DNA of 62,815 nucleotides, counting the filler. It is 9 parts of 9 records of this genome, joined end to end, with 100 filler letters (N's around TTAATTAATTAA, not from the genome) between each part and the next. Parts side by side here need not be neighbours in the genome. Positions count along the whole stretch, not along the records: positions 1 to 14,616 come from SRR7504441_3886; 8 more parts are not named here. One strand, written 5' to 3'. Position 1 is the stretch's first letter, and the number at the start of each line of letters is the position of its first letter. This document shows, piece after piece, positions 1 through 11,357 of this stretch. The notes beneath the pieces are model-generated. The model was not told the DNA's origin and made no database searches. It saw only the letters and a list, made by a program, of their open reading frames with translations. Position numbers and translations under genes: made by a program.

Positions 1-189
1 TCGAGCATCGGATCAGTCGGATCACCGTCTTGACAGCTGCAGCTCGGCAACGGATCCGTCACCTTGAGTGCCTCTACCCACCGAAGACGGCGAGTCGCCC
101 AGCACCAAACCAGTCAGTCTTGGGAGCGGACCAGCCGAGCACAGCCTATATCTAGCTACAATCCCTACCCCGCCCCGCAGGTTGGCAGC

Positions 190-1923
190 ATGCAGTGCTG
201 CAGGCGGCCGGAGGCGGCCGAGGGCGACGAGGAGCTGGAGGGGAACACGATCACCATCAATGTGATCGCCGAGCCCACCGGTCGGGAGCATCAAGTGGCC
301 CTGGTCGAGAGCCAGCCTGTGGAGGCCATCACCCAGCTGCTCCACGAGCCGAGCCTGGCCGGGCACATCACCGTCTGCCGGTTCGCCGGGTACAGCATGC
401 ACCCTGCGTCTACCCTGCGCGAGAACGGGATCCAGACAGGTGCCACCGTGTACATGGATGTGGACCACCAGGAAGAGGAGCGGCGGGCCGCGGAAGCACT
501 GCGCGAGGCCCGGTGCGAGCGCCAGGCGGCCGTGGTCGAGATGGCCAGCCGAGTCCAACTGCTGGACCACTCGCTCGACCTCTTCGAGTCGGGCATCTTC
601 GCTGACATGAACCGATACTCGGATCATATCGGCGGCGTGTACAAGATATACAAAAACGGGGTCCAGATCACCTTCTCGCGCTGCATGCTGGCGGCCAGCC
701 TGGCACTGGGGCTGCTTGGATTGGTGGGTGCGGTTTGGATGCTGATGACCGGAGGGCGCTGGGGCGGTACAGACTGCGACTGGTCCACAGCCAACTACGT
801 TGGAGTGGCCACCGCGCTGATCTTTACGTACGGGCTAGTCATGATGCATACGTGTGGGCCTTCGCTCGTGGCGTCGTGCATGGATCATTACCGTGGAGGG
901 ACCTGCTGGTTGCGGATGATGAATTTATCCATTTTCTGCTTGATCCTGCCCACGCTCCAGTGGGGCTGGGTAGTGTGGGGTCAGGAGAGCCATGGGTGCG
1001 CTGAGTATATGCAAAACGTCAAGATCGCGTTCTACGTGTGTGCAATGCATTGTTTCTTTGTCACGTTCATAACTCCTCTCCTCCGCCAGAGGTACATCCG
1101 AAGCTGCGAAGTGGCTATTGTGACCGAGCAAGAGGCGCTAGCTGCCAACTTGGCTGAGGCGCCGAGGGATTGGCAAATCCAGCTGCTCTGCATTCCCAGC
1201 GAGCCTGGCCACCAGAAGGTGCAGCTGAGTGTCGAAATAGATAGGAGCTACCGGAATGAGCACCTGATGCGTGCTGTGGCGCCGGCCCTGGATTCGCATG
1301 ATGGGTTTGCTGGATGGGACCCCGGCGTGACAGTGATCTGCCTGGTGTGTCAACTAGGCACGCCTCAGGAGCCCGACATGGTAGGTCGACCCGAAGTGCT
1401 GGCTCGGGATGCCTGCCTGGTGCCCAGGATTGAGCAAATGGGCGGATGGGTGGTGGGCGAGGAATGGACCACCGCGCGGGCCATCTTATGCCACCCGGAC
1501 CAGAGCCACGCATGCGGCATATGGGACCAAAACTCGGACGCTTGGCGCAATTTGATGCACGAATGGCTTTCGGACAGCCAGCCGGGTGTTGAGCGGGAGC
1601 ATGTTGGCAAGCATCCCGACCCTGCCGACTCGCAGTCGCAGCCGCGCTGGTTCAACCAAGCTGGCGTCCCGACAGACGATACAGCAGGGGTAGAGCTGGA
1701 AGTGCTGCCGGAGCGGCCAGAGGATACTGACATCCCAGATCTCGTTGATACTGACATCCCAGATCTCGTTGAAATGCCGATGCAGCAGGAAGACAATAAT
1801 CTGCTGGCATCGGCTGAGCCGGGTAGGCGGCCGGAGCCACAACAAGATGGACCGAGCACAGATGAACCCAATCCTTTCAAGGATGAAACCCAAGTCCTTG
1901 ACAAGCAGGACCTCACTCCTTGA
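190..1923 (+). CDS. Ubiquitin-like domain + four-TM membrane protein, apparently intronless
   Basis: Long ORF, first ATG at 190. UBL-like N-terminus (ITINVIAEPTGREHQVAL...TLRENGIQTGATVYM), four hydrophobic helices, acidic disordered tail. Confidence 0.7.
   Translation: MQCCRRPEAAEGDEELEGNTITINVIAEPTGREHQVALVESQPVEAITQLLHEPSLAGHITVCRFAGYSMHPASTLRENGIQTGATVYMDVDHQEEERRAAEALREARCERQAAVVEMASRVQLLDHSLDLFESGIFADMNRYSDHIGGVYKIYKNGVQITFSRCMLAASLALGLLGLVGAVWMLMTGGRWGGTDCDWSTANYVGVATALIFTYGLVMMHTCGPSLVASCMDHYRGGTCWLRMMNLSIFCLILPTLQWGWVVWGQESHGCAEYMQNVKIAFYVCAMHCFFVTFITPLLRQRYIRSCEVAIVTEQEALAANLAEAPRDWQIQLLCIPSEPGHQKVQLSVEIDRSYRNEHLMRAVAPALDSHDGFAGWDPGVTVICLVCQLGTPQEPDMVGRPEVLARDACLVPRIEQMGGWVVGEEWTTARAILCHPDQSHACGIWDQNSDAWRNLMHEWLSDSQPGVEREHVGKHPDPADSQSQPRWFNQAGVPTDDTAGVELEVLPERPEDTDIPDLVDTDIPDLVEMPMQQEDNNLLASAEPGRRPEPQQDGPSTDEPNPFKDETQVLDKQDLTP
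1723..1770 (+). repeat. 24-nt perfect tandem duplication encoding DTDIPDLV x2
   Basis: GATACTGACATCCCAGATCTCGTT occurs twice in tandem. Confidence 0.9.
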
Positions 1924-2255
1924 CGCTTATGGAGAAGCACAATGATTGTGTAGTCACCGTCTGATCTAGATTAGTGCCGTTGTACCGATAGTATGCGTTT
2001 TGCGCAGAGTATACATAATTATGCATGTAGAGGTAAAGTCATTTATAGGCCCATATTGATGTACGGGTCCCGGCTCCGGCTACACTGCCCGTGGAGCCTA
2101 ACGCTAATGATTCTTAGAATCATCTTGACCTCGTTTTCTCGTTTTCTTTGTAAGCCCGCCACCTCGTTTTGTTTGTTATCTCTTGCTACCTAAGTAACAT
2201 CTTTAAGTTCTATCTTAATTATCCTACAATCAAAATCATGATTGTATGCTTCGAG

Positions 2256-3196
2256 CTACGGGCTTATCACTGCCGTCTCAGCTACTAGTTGCAGCCCGAG
2301 CAGCTTGCCCTTGTCTAGCTGGCCGGCCAACAAGCCGTTGCAGTCTTCCACTGACGGATCCACCCCAGCTTGCACCATGGCGTCAGCTATCCTCATGCAT
2401 GGACCACTTAATGACTCGGCAGGCGTGCTGGCTACTGCTGCCGCCACTAGCACATGCAGCAAAGTGCCGCGCTGCGGGCTCCGCCAGGCACTAATCGCTT
2501 CTCCCGCCCTCACCAGAGCCTGCACCCTGCTCACGACATGGGCGCAGCTGCAGCCAACCTCTTTCGCGACAAGCTTGATGATGAGCTGTGTGGCCTCCTC
2601 CAGATCCGTGCCGCTCCCCGACGCGAACTTGGAGCAAATCAAACACCTGAACGGGGCTCCCACTGGCTCCGACCCGAGGCAGCCAGGCACCGTATCGCCC
2701 GGTGAACTACTGGCCGCGACTCGCTGGGCGTGGCACCGAGCTCGAGCAGCCGCCCGGCCATCCCGGGGTGCTGGCCTTCGAGCGCGAACCTGCCCGCGCC
2801 AATCAGACCGGGCGGCACCGGCCGCGTACTCGAGCGGGGTGCCCCGGGTCTTTGTGGCGTTCTCGGCCAGGGCGGCAAGCTGGGTGTCCTTGACGTTGGC
2901 CTCCATCAGCAGCTCCATTATGGCCATGCAGCCCTTGCTCGCCGCGATGTGCACCGCAGTCATCCCCCAGAGCGCGTCCTCCCCCGTGTACCGGTTCCGC
3001 GAGCGGGAGGACAGGGTGGGCTTCCGGCAGTATGGATCGGCCCCTCGGTCGAGCGCCTCGCGCACCTGGTCCAATTGGCCCTTCTCGACCGCCTGCCGAC
3101 CGATCGGACCGGACCCGGAGGGCCCCGCACCTTGATCAGCGCCAGGTCGGCGTCAGTGAAGTACATCTCCTCGTTCTGCGAGCACAGCCCCCCCAT
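2256..3196 (-). CDS. Ankyrin-repeat protein (3 introns of 38, 40 and 44 nt)
   Basis: Spliced reading MGGLCS...LIK|AVEKGQLDQVREALDRGADP...TAVHIAASKG...TPLE|FALEGQHPGMAGRLLELGA...GTLLHVL. The MGxxCS start suggests N-acylation. Confidence 0.75.
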
Positions 3197-3350
3197 CTCT
3201 GCTGCCTCGCCGACCCGCGGCGTCACTCACGACGCGGTCGGTTGCGGGCCAAAACAAGGCAAGTTAGATCTAGGCAGGCAACTGTTCTGTGTGTTTAATT
3301 TTAATTTACGATTTGTTTCCATAGGATGGCAGAGTGATCTGTGAGAGTGG

Positions 3351-4451
3351 ATGGCGCACACGTTCAACACCGAGGGGTACCTCCACGGGCTCCAGGACCG
3401 GCTGCACGCCAACGACAACCAACTGCTCTCGCTGCTCCACCGGTCGTCCAACGTAGTGGCCCACCGCGCCGCCGGGGCCCTCGAGGCCTCTCCCGAGGAG
3501 CCTGCCCACCCTGGCCTGTACCAGCCGCCCGCCTGCGAGCTCCCAGAGCTGCCGGCCGAACGCGCGTACGATGTACGGTCGCCCGAGGAATCAGAGCCCT
3601 ACTACTCGGACGAGGCGCCGGCCGGCTTTGATAGCGAGTGGGATGAGGCGGACGTGGTGCGCGTCGCCAGTGCGATCATGCGGAAAGCGGACGGGTTTGT
3701 GCCCAACGGCGAGCTGACGATGACCGAGCTATTCGCCTGCCTGGCCAACAGCGAGTACGAGCGGTTTGCGGCCTGGATGACCGATATGGAGCACTTCTAC
3801 ATGCACGACATCGACTTCAACGGCAGGATAGACTTCGACGAGCTCTGCCTGGCTGTGCGGGACTACCTCACCGAGGTGGCCCCGCTCAGCCCGCAGCCGC
3901 TCTCGAGCGAGCCCGAGCTCTCGCCGGAGCCTTCAGGGGTTGGACACAAGACGGCACTGGCCGAAGCTGAGCCCTCGGTGTCACCGGAGGTTGAAAAGTC
4001 TCTGCAGGCGAGCCACAAGATCTTCGCGGAGGTGCGCCGGCGGGTGGGGGACGCGATGAACAACCCGTCGGCACTGCACGTCCGAAACCCTCTCGGGGTG
4101 CTCCAGCCTAGCCAGCCGACCAGTTACGGCCTGCAGCTCACTTACAAAGAGTATGTCAGCCTGCTTGCCAAGCGCGCAGAGAGCTCGGCCACAGAGCGGA
4201 GCAGCCATCCGGTGAGGGAGCACAGCAATAATCCGATTTCGATGCAGCCCGAGCCTCAGATTAAGGTGCGCACGTATCCTGCCAAGGCGAACGTGTGTCT
4301 CTCGTGGTGCGTTGATACCACCAACCCACCCAAGCAGGTGAGGAAGTGGGGCCACGCTGAGCTTCCGGAGCGAAAGGCGCCGCTTCCGAGGAAGTCACTC
4401 GGCGATTTTGAGCGCAAGGAGAACTCACAACCGGCCTGGAACAAGTATTAG
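3351..4451 (+). CDS. EF-hand-containing protein
   Basis: 366-aa ORF with EF-hand loop DIDFNGRIDFDE and a degenerate partner loop. A small 3' intron is possible. Confidence 0.65.
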   Translation: MAHTFNTEGYLHGLQDRLHANDNQLLSLLHRSSNVVAHRAAGALEASPEEPAHPGLYQPPACELPELPAERAYDVRSPEESEPYYSDEAPAGFDSEWDEADVVRVASAIMRKADGFVPNGELTMTELFACLANSEYERFAAWMTDMEHFYMHDIDFNGRIDFDELCLAVRDYLTEVAPLSPQPLSSEPELSPEPSGVGHKTALAEAEPSVSPEVEKSLQASHKIFAEVRRRVGDAMNNPSALHVRNPLGVLQPSQPTSYGLQLTYKEYVSLLAKRAESSATERSSHPVREHSNNPISMQPEPQIKVRTYPAKANVCLSWCVDTTNPPKQVRKWGHAELPERKAPLPRKSLGDFERKENSQPAWNKY

Positions 4452-4623
4452 AGGTGAGCTTATCTTTCTAGATATTCAAGACTAGAGCTTAGTTGTCGTG
4501 TGGTGAAGTGCACATACATCATTATGATACTTGATTCCTTTTAACATGATAACAAGCTTAAGGCTAGTACAAGGCTTGCCTGTGGCATGATCCCCGATCG
4601 TACTCGTAGATATCAAGTTATTA

Positions 4624-5700
4624 TCAGCTGCCCTTGCTCTTGCCCGGTTGGCAAGGCCAACTTTGACACTGGTCGGGCGGCTTAGTGGGCTCGGGTGGCA
4701 GTTCCCATTGCGGCATCTCTGCATCTAGTTGCAAGTGATTGCACACCACCACCCCGAGCACTTGCTCTGGCATAAATTCATCCTCTCGAGCCTCGAGCAA
4801 CACAGCAAACTCAAACCGGGCGCGCGATACACTCGCCCAGGACGAGTGCAGCGCCTGCCGAGCCATGTAGCACCACTGGGCTGTGTTGCAGTCCAGCTCG
4901 GCGTACCGCACCCCTTCGCGCTCGCCCGCAAAGCACGTCCCCGACTTTGTCACGAGAGTCGGCTTCGCGTTAAACCTGGCCAGCATCCCGGGCAGTCCGG
5001 CCTCCTCCCAGTTAGTCACTTGCCCGATCAGCTTGAACCGGTTCGGCTCCCATCCGCCCGGGGCCTGGCTGAAATACCGCTCTAGCAGCCTGATCGCTCC
5101 GGGCGTGTCTGGGCCCGGGTCAGCAAGAGCCTCTGCAGCCCATTCAGAAAGCACGAATGTGAACACTATGTTGACAGTCGGCAGCTCGGTCTTCTTCCCA
5201 AATAAGGCAGGCGAGCCGGTCGGCAGCTGGATATTGACCACAAGCACCGCCGGGGCCGCCGACCCGGTCGTCTCGACCATCGGCAACTGCAGCCCAGCCG
5301 CCAGATGCTGCACCGGCCGCTCCGTCCTGTACATGTCCATCCCGAGGCACCGATACAGCGCCTCCCCCGAGCGCTGCTTCAGTTTGGCCCGCTTATAATC
5401 CGGGCCGCACCGCACGCGGATTGCGCTGCCGGCAGCCTGAGACCAACTCACTCTGTCGGCCGGCGGCGGGTGGGCCTGAGTGTGCTCCGGCACCCAGGAC
5501 CCCAGCCGCGGCGCGTCCGGCGGGCCCGTCCAGCGCTCCGGTCGTTTGGCTGGCTCGGCGGCAGGCAGGCTGCGGTTCTGCTCGGGCGCGCAGCGGCTGC
5601 TGAGCAGTTGAACCGGGCGCGGTTCGATGGTAAACTCCGGCGGCCTGGTCGGGGAGGGGCTCGCCGGAGTCTGGTCATCCTCGCTGAAGCACGCACCCAT
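4624..5700 (-). CDS. EDR2 C-terminal (DUF1336) domain protein
   Basis: Motifs RVRCGPDY..K.K, VVNIQLP, RFKLI, NAKP, Y.ELD and E.MPEQVLG. MGAC start suggests myristoylation/palmitoylation. Confidence 0.75.
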   Translation of the reverse strand: MGACFSEDDQTPASPSPTRPPEFTIEPRPVQLLSSRCAPEQNRSLPAAEPAKRPERWTGPPDAPRLGSWVPEHTQAHPPPADRVSWSQAAGSAIRVRCGPDYKRAKLKQRSGEALYRCLGMDMYRTERPVQHLAAGLQLPMVETTGSAAPAVLVVNIQLPTGSPALFGKKTELPTVNIVFTFVLSEWAAEALADPGPDTPGAIRLLERYFSQAPGGWEPNRFKLIGQVTNWEEAGLPGMLARFNAKPTLVTKSGTCFAGEREGVRYAELDCNTAQWCYMARQALHSSWASVSRARFEFAVLLEAREDEFMPEQVLGVVVCNHLQLDAEMPQWELPPEPTKPPDQCQSWPCQPGKSKGS

Positions 5701-5821
5701 CCGGCCCCGCTGCCCTCCACTGCCTCGCCCACTGCCTGGTTGCCTCAGGTGATTTCAACGGAAGACAACGGAAGAAATAATAAGTGGTTCCTGTTGAGAC
5801 TATTTATCAAATCAGCAAAAA

Positions 5822-6277
5822 ATGGCCAAGCTCCTCATCCTCGCCCTTGGGCTCATGGCGTGCACCGCTTTGGCCCGCGATCCAAGCGACTGGCACCATC
5901 CGGAGGTCGGCGACAGCTCCCAGGTGAACGGCGGTCTTACCGGGCCTTGCGCCAAGCAATGCGGCGATCACCTGCAATGCAAGAATGCCTGCGACTCGTA
6001 CTGCGGGAGCGGCCCGAGCGTCAAGTGCGAAGAGTGCGCCGGCCGGAACGGATGCGCCTCTTGCTTCAAATGCATCTTCAAGTCGGACTTCGCCGGCCGG
6101 GAAGGCAGCCTGGTTGACAGGCCCCCGACCAAGGAGGAGCTCAAGGAATACAAGGCCGACCTGAAGAAGGGCATGACCATCCAGGCGGCCGAGAAGGCGG
6201 TCCGGGACAAGGAGAACGGCGGCAAGCAGGTGTACCTCCTCAATGACAACAACGAGTGGTCTGACAACCAGAACTAG
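5822..6277 (+). CDS. Small secreted cysteine-rich protein
   Basis: Signal peptide MAKLLILALGLMACTALA, a 10-Cys cluster and strong GC3 bias. Confidence 0.75.
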   Translation: MAKLLILALGLMACTALARDPSDWHHPEVGDSSQVNGGLTGPCAKQCGDHLQCKNACDSYCGSGPSVKCEECAGRNGCASCFKCIFKSDFAGREGSLVDRPPTKEELKEYKADLKKGMTIQAAEKAVRDKENGGKQVYLLNDNNEWSDNQN

Positions 6278-6703
6278 AGACTGGTGACGCGGCGAGGAAG
6301 CTCAAAGGATGAAGCGCGGGCGGCTTGCCGTCTTGAAGCCCGAAGCTGACGATGTCTCCCTCGCGGGGCGCAAGGCCCCTTCTATGTTAGCGTGGTACGT
6401 ACTCGATGAACATAAAGCCAGTACGTACACGCATGCCTACTCCTCGGCCACAAGCGGTCTAGATCGATCGGTGCGGATGGGTTGCGGGAAGATATCGTTT
6501 TCGGTCGCACGTGGTACATGTATTGATTGTGTGCGCATTTGCGCCGATTCATTTATCATGCGAAAGCTCTACTACATTGACCCTGATCGTTCGGTCCCCA
6601 TCACCTCTGAAGTCCCCATCACCCAAGACTACGAGTACGTACGTACGCGAGCTGACTGGATCACCCGCAATCGTCACAATCATGTATCTTCCGCACGCCG
6701 TCA

Positions 6704-9700
6704 TTATTGCAGCAGCCGAGGCACACGAAGGCTTTCAGTCAGATCGACCCGTTCGCTCTTGACGATCCTCCAGCTGCCACCTAGCGCCACAGTAAGTAAG
6801 CGACTGGTCAAGCGTAGGTCAAGCGCAACCGACCAGGCAAGTTCTCGAGGCTACTATTCCTAATCTGCTGCTCCACGTGCTCCATCTGTGGACCAATCAG
6901 GTCGAGCAGCAGGGCTCGAGCCACCTCCATCGTGCTCGTCTCCCCATCGGGTGCGTCCATCTCGCGTGTGACCGCGTCGATTATAAACGCGGTGAACAGA
7001 TTGAGGATGATCACCACCGCGAAGCACCTGCCCGCCAATGATTCCCGCAGCGGATGGCCCAAAGGCACCAGTACGCCAGAAAGTACAGCCGTGCCCATTG
7101 TGAGCTGGCCTCTGCAATGCCGTCCGCAATCACAAACCTTCACCAGGTCACCGCCGCGGGGTGGCAGGCGTCTGACCAGTTGTTCACGATCAGCAGAATC
7201 CAGCAGGTGACGATAGCTGACGGCATGTCGTTAAAGTTATTCGGCCAGTATCCCTGCTGAGCGAAGGCCGTCCACGCAGGAGGCGACTGGTCCGACCCAG
7301 CAGGCGAGCTCTTGGTGTGAACAAAACCTCCAAAAATGGAATTGCCCAGGGACGCAAATACGTACAGTGTGATTGCCAGCACCGCTGCCAGACTGATGAA
7401 CGTGCTGCAGACAGGCCGTGTCATATAGTTCATCTTGCAGGCTAGAGCTACCGCGACAGCACGCTGAACTTGCGGAACAGGCTGCGGAGCTTGGAAGAGA
7501 ATCCCATCAGAGGGAGCGAGTGAACCTGACAATTGATTGGCACGCGTCAGCTCCCTCGAGTGGCATGCTGCAAGCCACCAAATACAGAATGAGCAGCAGC
7601 CGGTGCCAGCCAATTGTCTGGGGGAACCCGATCCGCGCGATGAGCGTGAAGAGCACGGCAAGGAAGCCGACCGCCGAAAGCCGCGTCATGGGTGCGTCGA
7701 CCATCTTTGACCAAGACAGGCCCCATATTGCAATCGCGGCAATCATCTGTAGGTTAAGAACGATGCTCGTTGTGAAGCAGGTCCAGATTACCTAATCCGC
7801 GCCAGATATTACAAGCCCGGTGCTAGCAGGCAGCGCACCCCGTTCAGTTCGTTGTTTATCGTCACTGGGCCTTGATCGCTGCTTTGCTCCCACACTAAAA
7901 GCCTCTCAGTCCCGTACGCTACCAGCACCACATTCAACAGCCGAAGTCCCTGTCCACCCCAATTGATTACTTGTACTCATTCGGAGCAGTTGCCTGCATG
8001 CCCCATTGCCACCACACGCTACTCACCACTTCGAATAACTGTGCTCGGTATTTGTACCTGCCCAAGCCTCAAAACAGGCAGCTGCGCTCAAGGCCAAGCA
8101 GCCGCTAGATCGGACAGATGAGATACCCGGATGCCTCGAGGGCGGCTACAGTAGTTGACTGGCGAACTTTCCACGAGAGCACTTCTAGCACCTGACCATT
8201 CATTCAGCAAGCTTGACCACCCTGTTCTAAGTCATGTCAGCACACTACTACTGGAGGATGAATAGCTTCAAAGCACCTTTTCGAATTGCCAACGGCTTAA
8301 CCTTCCAACCTGGTCCTGTCCACCCCTTAGAATGTCTGTCCACTTCACAACACTCGCCTGGTCGAGCACAGCGAAAGCTGCGCACCACATATGTTCCACA
8401 GGCTTGCTGCCGGGCCCGAGCGTGCGCATCAGCTCTATCCACTCTGGTAGCTCCACCCCACGCCGGCTCGCAGTGGGCAGGCTGCTGACCGGCTGCTCTG
8501 GTGGATCGAGCGCTAACAGCTCGAAGGCACAATCAAGCGCCTCGGCCATGTCTGCTTTGCACTCCTGGGTGACTTGCTACAACAAAATCCGGGTGTCAGT
8601 CCGACCCATGTTATTCGGAATACCTCCATGTGTTTCTGGTATTGGGCGAAGCACACAGCGAGGGTCAAATTGAGCAGTCCGAACAGCGTGATGAGCAGGA
8701 AAACAATGTAGAAAACAATGGTCCTGCGACCCGGCTTGAGCCACCTCACTTGCGGAGCGGACCATCGACTGCTCGAATAGTCTTGCATCATGATGTCTGG
8801 GTAGTTGGCAGTGGTGAGCAGCACCTGCGGCCCACTGGCTCGTGCCTAGGCCCTCGACTGATCCCACCTGCAGCTTCAAAAAGTGCTGCACAAAACACGG
8901 CACTCCCTCGTAATACCCATCGCCCCAATCAGCTGCCGTCCGCTGTCGGTGGCTGGCCACAAGCAGGCAGCTCACCGCTGCCGTTGTCACACGACCAGTC
9001 GTTGAACATGAGCATCCCAAGCCATCCGAATATCAGGATCACCAGCACCATCAGCAGCAGAACCTATCCCAACCTCTGCCCCCACCCCAACCCCCCTTAA
9101 CTCACCTCTGAGAGAGCAGGCACAGACTTAAATATGCAACTGAACAACACGCGCAGCCGCTTGGATAGCGCAATGATGAAGAACGGCCGGAGCAAGCTGC
9201 CAAGGAGGTGATCGGCAAGGAGATCTAGCCTCAGTTTAGGAGCAGGCGGGACCTGCCAAAGTAGATCCTGTCCCACCAAAACGGCAGCAGCCCAATCACG
9301 TTCTCCAGCCCGGCCACTGCAATCACCACCACTTTGGCCGAATTCCACGGATCCTGCCCGTCAGCGGTGCTCAGGTTTGAATGACATCAACTACACGCAG
9401 CGCGCTCGAGACCTGGAAGAAGAAGGTGCGGCCCATGAATTGGTACTTGAGCCACATCTCACCGGCGAATCCGACCAGGCAGGCCAGGCTGAAGCTCATG
9501 GTGTAGTCCGGCGGCAGCACTGGCAGCCCGAACGTGTGATAATCATCGCCCTTATCGCTGCTCAATGCGTCCCACGTAGGGTAGGCCCAGTCTTTGTCCG
9601 CCACCCTCCCACCGGCGTCGGCCAGCTGCCGGCCCACCCACGCACCAGGATGGTAGCTCGAAAAAGCAGATCACCAGGTACACTACCGCGTTTAGCACGC

Positions 9701-10035
9701 GCACCGCCCGCACGGGAGTCCTGTCCACCGTCAGCATTGCTCGGCCGCCCGCCCACCGCTGGAACAGCCAACGCAGCCGTATTCCCCGCTCTGTGAAGAC
9801 GTATCGCGGCTTCCGGCCCTTCATCGCGCTCCGGATGTGTGCGGCCGCCTGGCTGGGGCTCGCAGCCCGGCGAGGCCTGCCGAACCTGGAGGAAGGCGCT
9901 CTGTGGCACCTCGGAGCGCAGGTCTATGTCGCTCAGCCGGCACTCGCCCGGCCCGGCTGGCGGCGGGCGGGCTGGCCACTCGGGGTCCAGGTCGTCCGGC
10001 TCATCGGACGCGATCAGCTTATCGTAGTGATCCAT
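6704..10035 (-). CDS. Two-pore cation channel (TPC family), many tiny introns
   Basis: Pore I LLTTANYPDIMMQDY, S6 LFGLLNLTLAV, pore II NNFNDMPSAIVTCWILLIVNNW, S6 IILNLFTAFIID. Ends are approximate. Confidence 0.8.
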
Positions 10036-10443
10036 TCGCCCCTCCACCCCTGCTGTTCCCAGCCCAGCCCCCTGCACAACGCACCCTGCCCGCTCCGAAT
10101 CGTTCCTTCACTCAGTGGCCTGGCCAGCTGGCTGGGCGCAGCTCGGACTGCTCAAGACGATGGACAAGGTATGGACAAGGCGGAGGTCGGAGACCGGGTG
10201 ATAGTATAGAAGGGGAGCTCTGCTGGGTGCCATGGGACAGTCAGGGTGGTTGTGAGCATCGGGAACGGCCGAGTGGATTGGTAGATTCGCCCACTCACTA
10301 TCTCCGCACTGAGCCTCTGCGGACTGTGCTGAGCATGGCTCAAGAGCGGTAATTACGGCGACGTGCGGCGACCTCTCACCTTGATTTAAGTGGAATTAAA
10401 GTGGAATAATCACTACCAGTATTCTAGAGCTATTCCACGAGTA

Positions 10444-11259
10444 TCATTGTACGAGACAACAACCGCTCTCCTTTTGGGGTTCCGTCTTACTTGTCGGCTT
10501 AGGGCCGGGCTTGGCCGGCGCAGGCTCGGGCTTGGCCGGGGCAAGCTTGGTCTTGGGCTCAGCGCCGGTGCCATGCGTTACGCTGAGTGAACCTATGACA
10601 TTGAGCAGCACATTGTCTGCTATCCCTGGGTGCTCGCTCTTGTAGCTGCAATGCGTATCCACATAGCCCACTCCATACCCAGTCTTGGCTGACGTGCTGA
10701 TGAACGCCTCGGCCCCGATCTGCTCGGCCACAGCCTGAGCCTCGGCTAGGGTCGGGATCCCTTCGGACGCCTGGCTCTGCTCCCACAAGTCGTGCTTTGT
10801 CCCAACGAGCACCACCGCCCAAGGCTCGCTGCACTCGGCCCAGAACTCCGGCATCCAGCAGCTCTGGACGTTGTTCAACGACTCGCGCGATGTCATCTCG
10901 AACGCCACCAGCAGGATCTGAGTGCCGGCGTACGCGTCTTTGCGGATGTTAGCCAGATTCTCCTGCCCGGCTGTATCCCAAAGGTCGAGCGTCAGGTCCC
11001 ACGAGTTGCCGGCGAGGTCGTCCACCGGTCCGATCTCGAGCATTTCGTTGCACGCCAGCGTCGGCACATCTGGCCCGGCCGGGTCAGCGCTCGGCAAGCC
11101 GGCGGCGCACATTCGTCCGACCAGCCCATGCTGTCGCCCTCCTTCATCTTCTGCAGGAGGCAGGTCTGTCACACGGCTCGAACCCTTACAGGCAAGAGGA
11201 GCCACCTTGCCCACTGCCCCGTCCCCGCATATCAGCACCTTAGGCCGCAGCGGCGGCAT
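10444..11259 (-). CDS. Divergent Rho-family small GTPase (introns of 40 and 41 nt)
   Basis: After splicing: GDGAVGK|TCLL, DE-Y|VPT, LWDTAGQE, VGTKHD, TSAK and C-terminal CCLVQ (CaaX). Confidence 0.85.
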   Translation of the reverse strand: MPPLRPKVLICGDGAVGKVAPLACKGSSRVTDLPPAEDEGGRQHGLVGRMCAAGLPSADPAGPDVPTLACNEMLEIGPVDDLAGNSWDLTLDLWDTAGQENLANIRKDAYAGTQILLVAFEMTSRESLNNVQSCWMPEFWAECSEPWAVVLVGTKHDLWEQSQASEGIPTLAEAQAVAEQIGAEAFISTSAKTGYGVGYVDTHCSYKSEHPGIADNVLLNVIGSLSVTHGTGAEPKTKLAPAKPEPAPAKPGPKPTSKTEPQKESGCCLVQ

Positions 11260-11357
11260 TGAGCTCACGCGATCCGTTGTTCGCCGGCGAGCTCGTCCAG
11301 TTTGATTCACCACGAGCAGCTGACAGGAGGCGCTGGCGTGACGGCAGCAGCGGTGCC

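Noticed and set aside
6309-6863. 184-aa plus-strand ORF
   Set aside because: It spans a convergent intergenic gap and the antisense end of the TPC gene, with no coding-like bias or motif.
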